From Mobula hypostoma (Eukaryota), in assembly GCF_963921235.1 (NCBI RefSeq), contig NC_086097.1:96536001-96600000 (forward strand): 64,000 nt of DNA, given 5' to 3'. Shown here one piece after another: positions 62,813 to 64,000 of the stretch (position 1 is the first letter of the stretch; each line of letters opens with the position of its first letter). A program made the translations under genes and the position numbers. Under the pieces are notes generated by a model, which worked only from the letters and a program-made list of their open reading frames with translations, was not told where the DNA came from and made no database searches.

Positions 62813-64000
62813 AAGTTCAGTTGATTTATTTCTCGCCTTTACCCTACCTCACTGTGCCAAAATTCCCCCATTCTAGCTTGAAATTGACACTTCCTCTAAT
62901 TCTTCCACTCATGCCTTCTCCAAGCTCAGTTTTGCCTTGGTATGTCCATCCCATTCCCAGAAAAATATTAACAATCCTGCTTTTCTTTTTGTTTCTCATT
63001 CCTAAGGCACCATAATCTTTCCCCTCAAGTCTGCTGACATTCCCATCTTCTAAGATATAGAACCTGAACCTCTCTTGCCAAATTCCATTCTGTCATAAAC
63101 CTCCACTTCCTCCCTAAAGTCAACTCCATTTTGAATTGGTGAGAACTGCTCTTATTAACTCTAAGTTGTGCTCTCTATGTCTGTGATAAAGGTAAACTAT
63201 CACTCCTCAACCCGTTTTCAGTCTTTTAATATTAACCACACCATCCTCCTTCTGACTATATTCAGCTTTTCAGAAAGACTCTTTTCTTCCTCACAGCATC
63301 AATTAAGTCTGCTTTAGCCTCTGCTTACTCCTACTGAAACTTTCATCTCTGTTACCTCTGGACTTGACTCTTCTAATGCACTCCTACCTTATTGCCTATT
63401 ATCTGTAACATGGGACCATCAAGGACTGTAGTTTTGTTCTAATTCATGAAAAGTCTTACTTATGCGTCATTCCTGTGTTTGTTGACTTATTATTTTTCCC
63501 ACCGAAGCAATTCCTTGATTTTTGTAGTCTATCCTTTTGATTTAAAGGCTTGTAGGGTTTCTTCCCTCCCTATCTGTATAAGTATTACCAACCGACAACC
63601 TGCTGAAATATCGGCACTCTTGCGGTTCTGACTTCTGCTTCATACCCAATTTGATTTCTGCCCCATTAGTGGCAAGCCATTGCTGCCAATGCACAGAGTT
63701 TCAAACTGCCTTACTCAACCATCTACTTCTCGACTTCACTTTGAAATCAAATCAAATCAAGTTTAATTATCATTCAACCATACATGCATACGGCTGAATG
63801 AGACAACATGCCTCTGTGGCCAAGGTGAAAAACATACACATGCATCCAAAATAGTTATAAAGAAGAAAACAACAATGTCACGCAAGAAAACACATTTTTA
63901 GTCCAAGACCGTGAGTGACAAGTCCTGCAAATTGATGGTTCCTGGCAATCTACCCTGTCATCCTACCCATCCTACTCACTGACGTGAGAGGCCAGCCCCC

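Noticed and set aside
41340..64000. GCHFR or another syntenic neighbour upstream of RMDN3
   Set aside because: No exon resembling such a gene was seen; the region is almost entirely repeats.

Overview
Repeat-dense vertebrate genomic DNA (about 40% GC by eye). The mix of CR1, Rex1/Babar, RTE, Penelope-like elements and V-SINEs points to a cartilaginous fish, probably a ray (inference). One host gene is recognisable: the first three coding exons of an RMDN3 (PTPIP51/FAM82A2) orthologue on the minus strand (40653-40839, 28382-28568, 17856-17999; GT-AG introns, phases match). They encode the mitochondrial anchor, the coiled coil and the FFAT-like motif, and lie under a CpG-island promoter at about 40.66-41.34 kb. 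The remaining exons were not found and probably lie left of the window. Nearly all other ORFs are decayed transposon fragments. The most interesting signal is a family of fold-back (hairpin) mini-elements built from the terminal repeat of a Neptune-like Penelope element. They carry minimal hammerhead-ribozyme cores (CTGANGA-stem II-GAAACGTC), have a one-sided 33-47 nt tail, and three copies have exact 14-bp target-site duplications (TSDs). One copy (47787-47862) holds two hammerheads in exact head-to-tail tandem. Other features: a Poseidon-like Penelope element with its own hammerhead, a fold-back templated insertion at a CR1 5' junction, an 860-bp solo LTR, hAT and Tigger-type MITEs, RTE-derived non-autonomous elements, multi-tier nested insertions and an alternating 45-49 bp minisatellite. 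Boundaries of old repeats are approximate; family names come from motif recognition, not database searches.
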